DNA of 64,000 nt, from positions 185,628,001 through 185,692,000 of the forward strand of contig OZ024741.1 of assembly GCA_964016885.1 (NCBI GenBank), in the 5' to 3' direction. The position numbers were made by a program, and so were the translations under genes. Shown here piece by piece: positions 43,242 through 57,548 of the stretch (position 1 is its first letter; every line of letters starts with the position of its first letter). The notes beneath the pieces were generated by a model. The model had not been told where the DNA came from. It saw only the letters and a list, made by a program, of their open reading frames with translations, and made no database searches. Source of the stretch: Eledone cirrhosa. Its lineage: Eukaryota.

Positions 43242-43578
43242 TATACATACATATACATACACACATACATAGACATATATGTACATACATACACATACAT
43301 AGATACATACACACACATACATACATATATATATATACACACATAGACATATACATACATACACACACAACATACATACACACATATATACTCATACATA
43401 GAATTAGATATATATTCATACATACATACGCACTTACATATACTCATATATACAAATACATACGCATTCATATATGCGTATATACATAGAAACACCACTA
43501 CACCCTCATCCAACTCAGACATACAAAGAAAAAGGCATATACATATACATATATACACGCATTAATAGAGATATATAT

Positions 43579-43615
<37 letters not shown>

Positions 43616-43828
43616 CACTTATATATATATATACCCACACACACATACAACCATAAATACACATACAAACACCCACATATACATATATATACACATATAT
43701 ATATATACACACATAAAAAACAGACATGCACATATATATTTTTTTACACATATATATACACATATATATACATATACACACCCTCACATATACACACATA
43801 CACATAAGTTATATTATAATAATAAATA

Positions 43829-43873
<45 letters not shown>

Positions 43874-44134
43874 TATACACATACGAATATAGACACATAT
43901 ACACACATAGATATATATATATATATACATACACATACATATACACACACACATATACACACTCACATATATATGTGTGTGCACACACACATATATACAC
44001 ATATACACATATACACATAAACACATATATGTGTATACATGCACACACACACATATATCCACATAGATACGAAGATAGACATATAAATAGAGAGACATAC
44101 ATATATATACACACACACATATACATACATACAT

Positions 44135-44195
<61 letters not shown>

Positions 44196-45517
44196 CACAT
44201 ACACACATACACATACACATATATATACACATGCATATATACACATATACACATACATACACACATATATATACACACACAATCTTACATTCTTATTTGC
44301 ATGCGCATATATGTATTTTTATATTCAGATATAAATACCCAAACATATATACACCTACCTACATATATATTCATACATACACGCTTACAAACACAGATGA
44401 TAATAGTATGGGGGAAAGGGGGGGGGTTGGAGAAGGGGATTATAGTAAATATATGTTTCAAGAAACATAGAATATTATCCGTATCTGGATCCAATGTATG
44501 TTTTTACATAGTTTCAGTGTTAGGAAATACAATAAACAAGAAATAAGGCAAAATTTATGCATTTCAAAATAAATAAGTATACCATTAATTATATGTTAAC
44601 TAAACTAAAGATAGTTAACATATTGATTTCTAAGGTGTAAATTAGTTAGGTTTATAATATTTGAAGCAGAATTTTGAAGTTAAATAGTAGTAGAGTATTA
44701 ATTATAGTATAACTAAATTAAAGTTAATAACGTTATGGTATCAATATTAGGAAATGAATTTAGTAATAGGGAAAAAACAAATAAAGTATTACATCGGTAG
44801 TAGAATATAAATTATAGGTTAACTAAATTAAAAATTATATATTTATTTCTATAGTATATGTTAATTAGGTATATAATAAATAAAACAGATATTGTATTTT
44901 ATCAATAGCAGAATATAATTATATGCAAATAGAAATCAAAATTAATACATATACATATACATATACATACACATATATATATACATATATATACATATAT
45001 ATATACATATATACACACATACACACACATACACATACACATACACATATACATATACATATTTTTTCAAAAATTGCAAAGAATATATTAACTAGGTATA
45101 TATCCAAAACACATCTCATTCTATGATTACATGACATTCTGCAATTCGTCTGTATAAGGATACTAATTTTAAGCCAATTAAATTAAATTTTTAGGTTGAC
45201 TAAAATTAAAACCAAATTATAAATATATTTCTAAAATGTATATTAATTAGGTCTATAATACTAAAAATTATTTCTCTGTCATTGGATACACGATATTTTG
45301 TTATATTTTATCTGTAAAAGAATTATAATAAAAGGTTTAAATAAATTAAAATTAATCTATAAATTAAATTACTAAGTATATATTAGTAATATTTAAAGGT
45401 TTTTCACAATTTATGATTACATAATATTTTATATTCTCATCTGTAATAGAATTTTAATTAAATTAAATTTATAGGTTAACTAACATTTAAATTAAATTAA
45501 TTTCTAAAATAATGTTA

Positions 45518-45980
45518 TTAATTAGGTTTATAATATTTAAATGTTTTTTTTTAGTTTATGATTACACGATATAATTAATTCCTGTCGTTTATTTAATAGG
45601 ATATCCTTAGATTTCATTATTTCAAATAGTTCTTGGGAACATAATCTACATTCATTTCTATTATTTTGATAAGGGGTGGCTCTTTTGAGCACACTCCAGG
45701 TCAAATCATATTCTATATTCTTATTTTTATAACTATTGATTTTTTCTGCTAGAGATGTTGTATTAGCCAGTGCGGCATTTTTAAAACTATGCTTGTGGGT
45801 ATTAAACCTTGTCTTAAAATTGTTAGAAGTAGCTCCTATATATGAGCAAATAGAATCTTTAGTTTTAACATTACATTTATAGACTATGTTGTTAACAAGA
45901 CAATTCCCTTTTAATGGGCAGTTTGCTTTGTTTCTACAGTTACAACCTTTCGTTAATTCTGTATTTGAGGAGATATTATG
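45518..45980 (-). pseudogene. Inverted duplicate of the GIY-YIG domain of the 51181-53622 ORF
   Basis: [34 protein letters not shown].. is identical to the plus-strand protein, with a 1-bp poly-A frameshift near the C-terminus. Confidence 0.92.
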
Positions 45981-46114
45981 GTTAATTTGATGTACTGGTG
46001 CACACACATATATATGTGAGTGTGTATATGTGTGTGTGTATATGTATGTGTATGTATATATATATATATATCTATGTGTGTATATGTGTCTATATTCGTA
46101 TGTGTATATATATG

Positions 46115-46149
<35 letters not shown>

Positions 46150-46364
46150 TATTTATTATTATAATATAACTTATGTGTATGTGTGTATATGTGAGGGTGT
46201 GTATATGTATATATATGTGTATATATATGTGTAAAAAAATATATATGTGCATGTCTGTTTTTTATGTGTGTGTATATATATATATGTGTATATATATGTA
46301 TATGTGGGTGTTTGTATGTGTATTTATGGTTGTATGTGTGTGTGGGTATATATATATATAAGTG

Positions 46365-46411
<47 letters not shown>

Positions 46412-46748
46412 ATATATATCTCTATTAATGCGTGTATATATGTATATGTATATGCCTTTTTCTTTGTATGTCTGAGTTGGATGAGGGTGTAGTGGTGTTT
46501 CTATGTTTATACGCATATATGAATGCGTATGTATTTGTATATATGAGTATATGTAAGTGCGTATGTATGTATGAATATATATCTAATTCTATGTATGAGT
46601 ATATATGTGTGTATGTATGTTGAGTGTGTATGTATGTATATGTCTATGTGTGTATATATATATATGTATGTATGTGTGTGTATGTATCTATGTATGTGTA
46701 TGTATGTACATATATGTCTATGTATGTGTGTATGTATATGTATGTATA

Positions 46749-46795
<47 letters not shown>

Positions 46796-46931
46796 AGTGT
46801 AATTTTCTACACAAAACGAAGGTTATAGAGAAAATTGAGGTTGGTAATGGCACATGGAATATATAAGAGACAGAATACTTTTTTGTGAAAAAACATAATT
46901 TTGTAAGGTAAGGAAATAATAAAGGGTATAA

Positions 46932-46979
46932 AAAATGACCGGTTTCGATGGGTCTGCAAAAGCCATCTTTTCAAATGTT
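46932..46979 (-). ncRNA. Type I hammerhead candidate, U3-A8 core
   Basis: Minus strand reads aacat-TTGAAAA-GATGG..CCATC-GAAA-CCGG-TC-atttt; palindromic stem III ACCGGT; weak stem I. Confidence 0.6.
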
Positions 46980-47329
46980 GATTAATATTAAGAAAAATTA
47001 ATAATACGAAGAGTTAAAATTTGAGACTTGAAAATTCAAGTATAAAATTCATTGTGGGATTTCATAGCAGTTTTCATCTAGGTAGCAACAACAGGTTGAC
47101 TGCTGTGTCCCTTTCTGGTAGTGAATGAGAAGTTATTTGGGGTGTGGGTTATTTTATAAAGGTCAGATTTAGCAATAGCCAGCTGCTGGTCAGTGAGGGG
47201 GTGGAAGCAATATACACACACATATATCTTCCTGTGATGGGTAGGAGAGTGGAGCGTGATAGAAAAGGATTTAGTGCACTTACACCTATATATACACACA
47301 TACCTTCATCCACACATACATACATATAC

Positions 47330-47372
<43 letters not shown>

Positions 47373-47441
47373 CACACATACATACACACACACATACATA
47401 TACATACACACATACACACACACACACATACATATACACAT

Positions 47442-47494
<53 letters not shown>

Positions 47495-47533
47495 TATATA
47501 TACATACACATACATCCAGATACACACATACAT

Positions 47534-47585
<52 letters not shown>

Positions 47586-48139
47586 CCCCCCCCCCACACA
47601 TACATACACACACACATATATATATACATACACACATACAAACATACACACACACACACACACACATATATATACACACATACACACACATATATATACA
47701 CACACACACACACACATGCATATATATATATATATACACATACGCATACATCCAGATACCCACATACATACACACACACACACACACACACGCACACACA
47801 ATACATACATCCACATGCACACACATACTCACACACACACACACACACATACATACACCCACACACAGAGAAATGGCCTTCAAATATATATATATATATA
47901 TACATACAGACACATATATTTTTTCCATAATATAAGAAGTTGGGGCAGTGAAATTAAAATAATTATATGTGCGCATATATATATAGATATATGTGTGTGC
48001 ACGTGCAGGGTTTAACATGGATGTGTTGGTCACACAAAGGCATGGTCTGTCAATGAATAAACCTGATTCTACAGAATTGGTCTCTGGTCTTTAATAGTAG
48101 TGATTCCGTGCGTATGTGTGTTTATATTTTATGACAATT

Positions 48140-48790
48140 CTATTGGGGTGATAACCCGTTTAGTTTTGGTTTAAATTTGTTAAGGAATAGATTTTCTTTG
48201 TTTATTCTTTGTTGTTGTGTGAACGAATCTGAGCACTTGTAGAAGGGGAAGATTTTAAAGTTGGGTAGTGTCATTCCTGCGCAGTTCGCAATATGGCTGC
48301 TCAAGGGGATTTTTCTTGTGTTAGCGTCCCGGATTTGTTGGCGGTGGATGGTCATTCTTTTGCGTAATGAGGTGCCCGTCTGTCCTATGTAGTTGTGTTT
48401 GCACCCACCGCAAGTTATTGCGTAAATCAAGTTCTCCGAGTTGCAGGTGAAATTGTTTTTTACTGTAAATGTTTGGCCATCTTTGAATGTAAATGTTTGT
48501 CCTTCAGTGAGGTAGAGGCACGTTCCACAGTTTGTTCTACCACATTTGGTAACTGTAGGGTTGAGGATTGGTTTGGGTATATTTGGTCCAGTGAGAATGC
48601 GTTTAAGTGATTTGGGTTGTCTTTTACTTTTAAGGATCTTGTGTGTTTCAAGAATAGACTTCATTTTTACATCTTTAAGTAGGATGGGGAGGTTTTTGTG
48701 TAGGTGATCAAACATTTCGGTATTTCTGGGGTTGAAAGTGGATACATATGGCAGGGTGTTGAGTGTGGTTTTCTGTTTTGGATTGCTACC
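48140..48790 (-). pseudogene. Truncated PLE ORF: thumb end, Cys linker and GIY-YIG endonuclease (Neptune-like)
   Basis: LPYVSTFNPR..KRQPKSLKRILT..KCGRTNCGTC..FTCNSENLIYAITCGGCKHNYIGQTGTSLRKRMTIH..SH..KE..PKLN. The frame is open, but the RT is missing. Confidence 0.92.
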
Positions 48791-49050
48791 CATCACAGGA
48801 AGATATATGTGTGTGTATATTGCTTCCACCCCCTCACTGACCAGCAGCTGGCTATTACTAAATCTGACCTTTATAAAATAACCCACACCCCAAATAACTT
48901 CTCATTCACTACCAGAAAGGGACACAGCAGTCAACCTGTTGTTGCTACCTAGATGAAAACTGCTATGAAATCCCACAATGAATTTTATACTTGAATTTTC
49001 AAGTCTCAAATTTTAACTCTTCGTATTATTAATTTTTCTTAATATTAATC

Positions 49051-49098
49051 AACATTTGAAAAGATGGCTTTTGCAGACCCATCGAAACCGGTCATTTT
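49051..49098 (+). ncRNA. Type I hammerhead candidate, U3-A8 core (inverted pLTR)
   Basis: aacat ttgaaaa gatgg cttttgcagac ccatc gaaa ccgg tc atttt. Confidence 0.6.
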
Positions 49099-49411
49099 TT
49101 ATACCCTTTATTATTTCCTTACCTTATAAAATTATGTTTTTTCACAAAAAAGTATTCTGTCTCTTATATATTCCATGTGCCATTACCAACCTCAATTTTC
49201 TCTATATATATATATATATATATATCTTTATTTTATATATATGTGTGTGTGTGTGTGTGTACATATATCTTTATATATGTGTATGTGTATGTTCGTGTAG
49301 GTGTATGTGTGTGTATGACTATATATGTATGTGTGTATGTGTGTATGTGTATATATATCTATGTGTGTGTACATGTATGTATGAGTATGTATGAGTATGT
49401 GTGTATATGTG

Positions 49412-49452
<41 letters not shown>

Positions 49453-49756
49453 GTATATATATATATATATATGTATATGTTTCTCTATTTGTATATGTAT
49501 ATGTGTATAGGTATATACCTTTTTCTTTGTATGTCTGAGTTGTGTGAGAGTGTAGTGGTGTTTGTATGTATATACCGATATATAGATGCGTAAGTATTTG
49601 TCTGTATGTATGTATGTATGTCTGTATGTATTTGTGTGTATATATAGGTATGTATGTGTATATCTGTATGTATATAAGTATGTAAGTGTATGTATATGTG
49701 CGTGTATGTGTGTATATATATGTGTGTCTATATAGTATGTGTGATTATATGTGTAT

Positions 49757-49840
<84 letters not shown>

Positions 49841-49986
49841 ATTTATATGTATGTGTGTATATGTATGTATGTATGTATATGTATATGTTTATATATGTGT
49901 GTGTATGTATGTTCTAAGTGTGGATGTGTGTATATGTATGTATGTGTTTGTATATGTGTATATATATATATATGTGTATATATGTG

Positions 49987-50050
<64 letters not shown>

Positions 50051-50677
50051 CTTGATATATTTCTTTTTTCTTTTTTCTTTTTCTTTTCTTTCCTTTTTAA
50101 TGTTTATTTATTATTTATTATTCTTTATTTTCTTAGTTTATAGATACATCTATATTAAGCAGTCTGCCCAAACCGTTGAATACTGACCTCTCCCCCCCTC
50201 CCACCTATTTTCTGTATCTTGATCTAAATGTGTGTGCCAGTGTTTATGTGAGTGAATTAATATCCATGTGCTTAGGATTTTATATCCACATATATATATG
50301 TGAGTGGGGGTGTGTGTGTGTTTGTATGTTCGTAGTTATGTGTATGTTTATGCATATACGCGCGTGTGTGTGTGATTGTACGGATATGTGTGAGTATGTG
50401 AATATGTGTATACACTTATTTCATATTTATGTGTCTATACGCATCTTATCTGTGCATTATAAACTTACAGAGACATTAACCTTGAAATTTTGTATTTGCA
50501 TCCATCCTTTTGGTATGCATATACAAGTTGTGCATACATTTTTGTAAAATATGTGTAAGGGTAGTTACATGTATATACACACACTGAACTGCATTAAACC
50601 TTTTGTATTTTCATTGGTCAATTTTGTTCCCAAACGGACCTGAAATTTTGAATTGTTGTTATTATCAATAAATATAT

Positions 50678-50831
50678 TTCATTATTTCTGAAGACGGCGT
50701 ATATATGTGTTGGTATGTATATTTAATCTTGATAGTTTGTATAATTTTGTATAATTTTGTATATAGATCTGTTGAATATGCATGCCAATTCTAACACATA
50801 TATATCCTAGAAACGATCGTTAAATAATGAA
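50678..50831 (+). ncRNA. Type I hammerhead ribozyme with 115-nt stem II, 5' pLTR
   Basis: TTCATTATTT-CTGAAGA-(115 nt)-GAAA-CGATCG-TT-AAATAATGAA; perfect 10-bp stem I; palindromic stem III ACGATCGT; self-complementary insert. Confidence 0.8.
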
Positions 50832-51180
50832 CTTTTTTTGTTTAATATAAGGAACTGTTTCATTGTTTATTCATTATTTGTTTAATATTTTATCTTGACT
50901 CTGTATACCGTTTATCTTTCACCGAAAGTGATTTTTCATTACATCTCTTCTTTCCATGATATCCGGAATACATTGAGTTCTTCATACGGATTGGACACTA
51001 CCGTAAACTCTTGGTAGATTTATCTACATAATTTTGCTCCTATTTTCACGGAAATATTCGTATTTTTGTACTGTATGTGTGTATTAATTTTATATTTATG
51101 TATATACATATATATGTATGATTTTATAAACCCATATACATTTAGTTGAGCTCTTTCAATTGTCCATCATCCATATCACA

Positions 51181-53622
51181 ATGGAAAAACAATATTTGGG
51201 AACCTCTTTAAAAAACATACCAATACCTTCTAAGGATGACTTCTTACTCCTTATGATTCAAAAAACTAATAACTTTATCAGAAGGGTTAGATGGAGAGCC
51301 TACCACTTCGATAGAAAATCTAAACAAGCAGATCGGAAATATATGTATGATTTCAATACTTACAAGAATCCACCACACAACTTTTTACTTGAAGACTTCG
51401 AGAAAGACCTTTTTAATTTAATTAAACACCTCAAATTTAAAAAGTATAAATCCGTCTTTCAAAAGGACCTTGATTCTACCCTATTGGACCTAAAAAAGTC
51501 TAAAAAAATCCATGTCCACTCGGACAAAACTGGTAACTTGTATCATATGGATATTGAACATTATAATGAGTTCATATATAAAGAACTCAGAAAAAATTAT
51601 AAAAAATCTAATAATGCGTCACTCACCAACATCAACAACAAAACACACAACATAGTAAAAAAACTAAACATTTAAGATAGAACTGAACCTTTGGCATTGA
51701 AAAGACCACACTTCAACTTGAAGGATCATAAATCAAACTTTAACTCAAATCCTTCTATTAGACTTATATGTCCCTCCAAATCAGATATTGGAATAATTAG
51801 CAAAAAAATTTTGGATAGAGTCATCCCACAAATAAGAAAACACGTTATTTTACCACTCTGGGAAAACACCTCCCAGGTAATTAACTGGTTTAAAAATATT
51901 AGATGTAAATCTTCTGCTTCATTTCTACAATTTGATATAGATAATTACTATTCTTCTATATCACCTATACTCCTGAACAAAGCATTGATATTTGCTAAAA
52001 ATAGATCTAACTTAACTTTGGATGACATTAATATTATTACACATGCTAGACTAACACTTATTGAATTTCAGAATGAATACTGGACCAGAAACACATATAG
52101 TAATCTATTTGATATTACTATGGGTTCAAGCGATTCCGCCCAAATTACTGATCTTGTGGGCCTCTTTCTCCTTTTCAACATAAATGCCTCCTTTCCCCAC
52201 CTCAAAGGTGGTTTATATCGTGATGACTGTCTTCTTCTTTCTAACAACCTTAGCCTTTCAGAAATTGAAAAAAACAAAAAACATATTAGAACTTTCCTTA
52301 AAGACTATTATAATCTTAATATTACTTTTGAAAAAACAAGTAAAGTAGTAAATTTCCTAGATATAACTTTAGATTTAGCTACGGGTATCTACCAACCTTA
52401 CCATAAACCAAACCAAAACTTACATTACATACACTCACAATCTAATCACCCTAAATCTATCCTTAAAAACCTTGCATATAATATATCACTTAGAATTTCT
52501 AACCTTTCTTCTAACCAAGATGTATTTGATAAAAATGCGACCTTCTATAACGAAGCTCTAGATAGAAGTGGCCACAAAAATAGATTAGAATATATACCTT
52601 CTACTAAAAATACTGAAAGCATACAACCTAATATTACCAACAAACACCAAATGAAAAGTACACACCTAAATGCCACCCACACTATACCCCAAAATACCAA
52701 ATCTTCTAATATAAAGTATAGTAACTCTCAAAAAACTACTCATCATACAACTCTAATAAATATTAATAATAAAACTCCTAATAAAAAGGATAAAACACCT
52801 AAATCTACAAATATAACTAAAAATGGTTGTGGTGAGATCATTAACATTAATCCTCCTAGTAAAAATCACAATACAACCTATAAAAATAATAAAAATAATA
52901 AACAACATAGAAACCGTAATAGACGGGCTACTTGGTATAATGCTCCATTTAATTTACAAATTAAGGATAATATTGCTAAAAAATTTTTTTATATCCTAGA
53001 GAAAAACTTCCCGCCAAACCACAAATACCATCAAATCTTAAATAGGTCTACAGTTAAATTCTCATACTCTACAACAAATAACATAAAACAAAATATAGGT
53101 GCCTATAATGCATATAAATGTAAGAAAACCATAAGTATACCACCAGTACATCAAATTAACCATAATATCTCCTCAAATACAGAATTAACGAAAGGTTGTA
53201 ACTGTAGAAACAAAGCAAACTGCCCATTAAAAGGGAATTGTCTTGTTAACAACATAGTCTATAAATGTAATGTTAAAACTAAAGATTCTATTTGCTCATA
53301 TATAGGAGCTACCTCTAACAATTTTAAGACAAGGTTTAATACCCACAAGCATAGTTTTAAAAATGCCGCACTGGCTAATACAACATCTCTAGCAGAAAAA
53401 ATCAATAGTTATAAAAATAAGAATATAGAATATGATTTGACCTGGAGTGTGCTCAAAAGAGCCACCCCTTATCAAAATAATAGAAATGAATGTAGATTAT
53501 GTTCCCAAGAACTATTTGAAATAATGAAATCTAAGGATATCCTATTAAATAAACGACAGGAATTAATTATATCGTGTAATCATAAACTAAAAAAAACATT
53601 TAAATATTATAAACCTAATTAA
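51181..53622 (+). pseudogene. PLE RT + GIY-YIG ORF with a single in-frame TAA (51673-51675)
   Basis: ORFs 51160-51675 and 51691-53622 are in the same frame. SLKNIPIPS, SDKTG, QFDIDNYY, GGLYRDD, CNCRNKANCP and IVY..YIG are colinear with the 33671 ORF. Confidence 0.93.
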
Positions 53623-55240
53623 TAACATTATTTTAGAAATTAATTTAATTTAAATGTTAGTTAACCTATAAATTTAATTTAATTAAAATTCTATTACAGA
53701 TGAGAATATAAAATATTATGTAATCATAAATTGTGAAAAACCTTTAAATATTACTAATATATACTTAGTAATTTAATTTATAGATTAATTTTAATTTATT
53801 TAAACCTTTTATTATAATTCTTTTACAGATAAAATATAACAAAATATCGTGTATCCAATGACAGAGAAATAATTTTTAGTATTATAGACCTAATTAATAT
53901 ACATTTTAGAAATATATTTATAATTTGGTTTTAATTTTAGTCAACCTAAAAATTTAATTTAATTGGCTTAAAATTAGTATCCTTATACAGACGAATTGCA
54001 GAATGTCATGTAATCATAGAATGAGATGTGTTTTGGATATATACCTAGTTAATATATTCTTTGCAATTTTTGAAAAAATATGTATATGTATATGTGTATG
54101 TGTATGTGTATGTGTGTGTATGTGTGTATATATGTATATATATATGTATATATATGTATATATATATGTGTATGTATATGTATATGTATATGTATTAATT
54201 TTGATTTCTATTTGCATATAATTATATTCTGCTATTGATAAAATACAATATCTGTTTTATTTATTATATACCTAATTAACATATACTATAGAAATAAATA
54301 TATAATTTTTAATTTAGTTAACCTATAATTTATATTCTACTACCGATGTAATACTTTATTTGTTTTTTCCCTATTACTAAATTCATTTCCTAATATTGAT
54401 ACCATAACGTTATTAACTTTAATTTAGTTATACTATAATTAATACTCTACTACTATTTAACTTCAAAATTCTGCTTCAAATATTATAAACCTAACTAATT
54501 TACACCTTAGAAATCAATATGTTAACTATCTTTAGTTTAGTTAACATATAATTAATGGTATACTTATTTATTTTGAAATGCATAAATTTTGCCTTATTTC
54601 TTGTTTATTGTATTTCCTAACACTGAAACTATGTAAAAACATACATTGGATCCAGATACGGATAATATTCTATGTTTCTTGAAACATATATTTACTATAA
54701 TCCCCTTCTCCAACCCCCCCCCCCCCTTTCCCCCATACTATTATCATCTGTGTTTGTAAGCGTGTATGTATGAATATATATGTAGGTAGGTGTATATATG
54801 TTTGGGTATTTATATCTGAATATAAAAATACATATATGCGCATGCAAATAAGAATGTAAGATTGTGTGTGTATATATATGTGTGTATGTATGTGTATATG
54901 TGTATATATGCATGTGTATATATATGTGTATGTGTATGTGTGTATGTGTATATATATATATATATATGTGTGTATGTATGTATGTATATGTGTGTGTGTA
55001 TATATATGTATGTCTCTCTATTTATATGTCTATCTTCGTATCTATGTGGATATATGTGTGTGTGTGCATGTATACACATATATGTGTTTATGTGTATATG
55101 TGTGTATGTGTATATATGTGTGTGTGCACACACATATATATGTGAGTGTGTATATGTGTGTGTGTATATGTATGTGTATGTATATATATATATATATCTA
55201 TGTGTGTATATGTGTCTATATTCGTATGTGTATATATATG

Positions 55241-55277
<37 letters not shown>

Positions 55278-55492
55278 TATTTATTATTATAATATAACTT
55301 ATGTGTATGTGTGTATATGTGAGGGTGTGTATATGTATATATATGTGTATATATATGTGTAAAAAAATATATATGTGCATGTCTGTTTTTTATGTGTGTG
55401 TATATATATATATGTGTATATATATGTATATGTGGGTGTTTGTATGTGTATTTATGGTTGTATGTGTGTGTGGGTATATATATATATAAGTG

Positions 55493-55531
<39 letters not shown>

Positions 55532-56029
55532 ATATATATCTCTATTAATGCGTGTATATATGTATATGTATATGCCTTTTTCTTTGTATGTCTGAGTTGG
55601 ATGAGGGTGTAGTGGTGTTTCTATGTATATACGCATATATGAATGCGTATGTATTTGTATATATGAGTATATGTAAGTGCGTATGTATGTATGAATATAT
55701 ATCTAATTCTATGTATGAGTATATATGTGTGTATGTATGTTGTGTGTATATGTATGTATATGTCTATGTGTGTATATATATATATGTATGTATGTGTGTG
55801 TATGTATCTATGTATGTGTATGTATGTACATATATGTCTATGTATGTGTGTATGTATATGTATGTATATATATGTATATATATATATATAAATATATATC
55901 TTTATTTTATATATATGTGTGTGTGTGTATGTGTGTGTGTGTGTGTATATATATCTTTATATATGTGTATGTGTATGTTCGTGTAGGTGTATGTGTGTGT
56001 ATGACTATATATGTATGTGTGTATGTGTG

Positions 56030-56066
<37 letters not shown>

Positions 56067-56371
56067 ATATATATATATATATATATGTATATGTTTCTCT
56101 ATTTGTATATGTATATGTGTATAGGTATATACCTTTTTCTTTGTATGTCTGAGTTGTGTGAGAGTGTAGTGGTGTTTGTATGTATATACCGATATATAGA
56201 TGCGTAAGTATTTGTCTGTATGTATGTATGTATGTCTGTATGTATTTGTGTGTATATATAGGTATGTATGTGTATATCTGTATGTATATAAGTATGTAAG
56301 TGTATGTATATGTGCGTGTATGTGTGTATATATATGTGTGTCTATATAGTATGTGTGATTATATGTGTATG

Positions 56372-56432
<61 letters not shown>

Positions 56433-56580
56433 ATTTATATGTATGTGTGTATATGTATGTATGTATGTATATGTATATGTTTATATATGTGTGTGTATGT
56501 ATGTTCTAAGTGTGGATGTGTGTATATGTATGTATGTGTTTGTATATGTGTATATATATATATATATGTGTATATATGTG

Positions 56581-56632
<52 letters not shown>

Positions 56633-57259
56633 CTTGATATATTTCTTTTTTCTTTTTTCTTTTTCTTTTCTTTCCTTTTTAATGTTTATTTATTATTTAT
56701 TATTTTTTATTTTCTTAGTTTATAGATACATCTATATTAAGCAGTCTGCCCAAACCGTTGAATACTGACCTCTCCCCCCCTCCCACCTAATTTCTGCATC
56801 TTGATCTAAATGTGTGTGCCAGTGTTTATGTGAGTGAATTAATATCCATGTGCTTAGGATTTTATATCCACATATATATATGTGAGTGGGGGTGTGTGTG
56901 TGTTTGTATGTTCGTAGTTATGTGTATGTTTATGCATATACGCGCGTGTGTGTGTGATTGTACGGATATGTGTGAGTATGTGAATATGTGTATACACTTA
57001 TTTCATATTTATGTGTCTATACGCATCTTATCTGTGCATTATAAACTTACAGAGACATTAACCTTGAAATTTTGTATTTGCATCCATCCTTTTGGTATGC
57101 ATATACAAGTTGTGCATACATTTTTGTAAAATATGTGTAAGGGTAGTTACATGTATATACACACACTGAACTGCATTAAACCTTTTGTATTTTCATTGGT
57201 CAATTTTGTTCCCAAACGGACCTGAAATTTTGAATTGTTGTTATTATCAATAAATATAT

Positions 57260-57413
57260 TTCATTATTTCTGAAGACGGCGTATATATGTGTTGGTATGT
57301 ATATTTAATCTTGATAGTTTGTATAATTTTGTATAATTTTGTACATAGATCTGTTGAATATGCATGCCAATTCTAACACATATATATCCTAGAAACGATC
57401 GTTAAATAATGAA
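57260..57413 (+). ncRNA. Type I hammerhead ribozyme with 115-nt stem II, 3' pLTR
   Basis: Same motif as 50678-50831, offset 6582. Confidence 0.8.
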
Positions 57414-57466
57414 CTTTTTTTGTTTAATATAAGGAACTGTTTCATTGTTTATTCATTATTTGTTTA

Positions 57467-57548
<82 letters not shown>

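Larger units (their letters stand above)
46791..49206 (-). mobile_element. 5'-truncated Neptune-type PLE nested in the internal (TA)n of the larger element
   Basis: Inverted pLTRs at 46824-47244 and 48787-49206, a ~33-bp unpaired tail at 46791-46823, an EN domain, and a CA-rich 3' region. Confidence 0.9.
41439..57473 (+). mobile_element. Compound Penelope-like element insertion (probable Hydra clade): inverted truncated copy, interrupted direct pLTR, ORF, long 3' region/pLTR
   Basis: 41439-45980 is the reverse complement of 53141-57473 plus 50893-51030. 45979-46790 and 49204-50893 together repeat 55124-57473. (TA)n flanks. Confidence 0.92.

Noticed and set aside
48791-48886. N-terminal extension (MGYFIKVRF..) of the 248-aa ORF
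   Set aside because: This is antisense pLTR sequence fused in frame at the inversion junction, not a real N-terminus.
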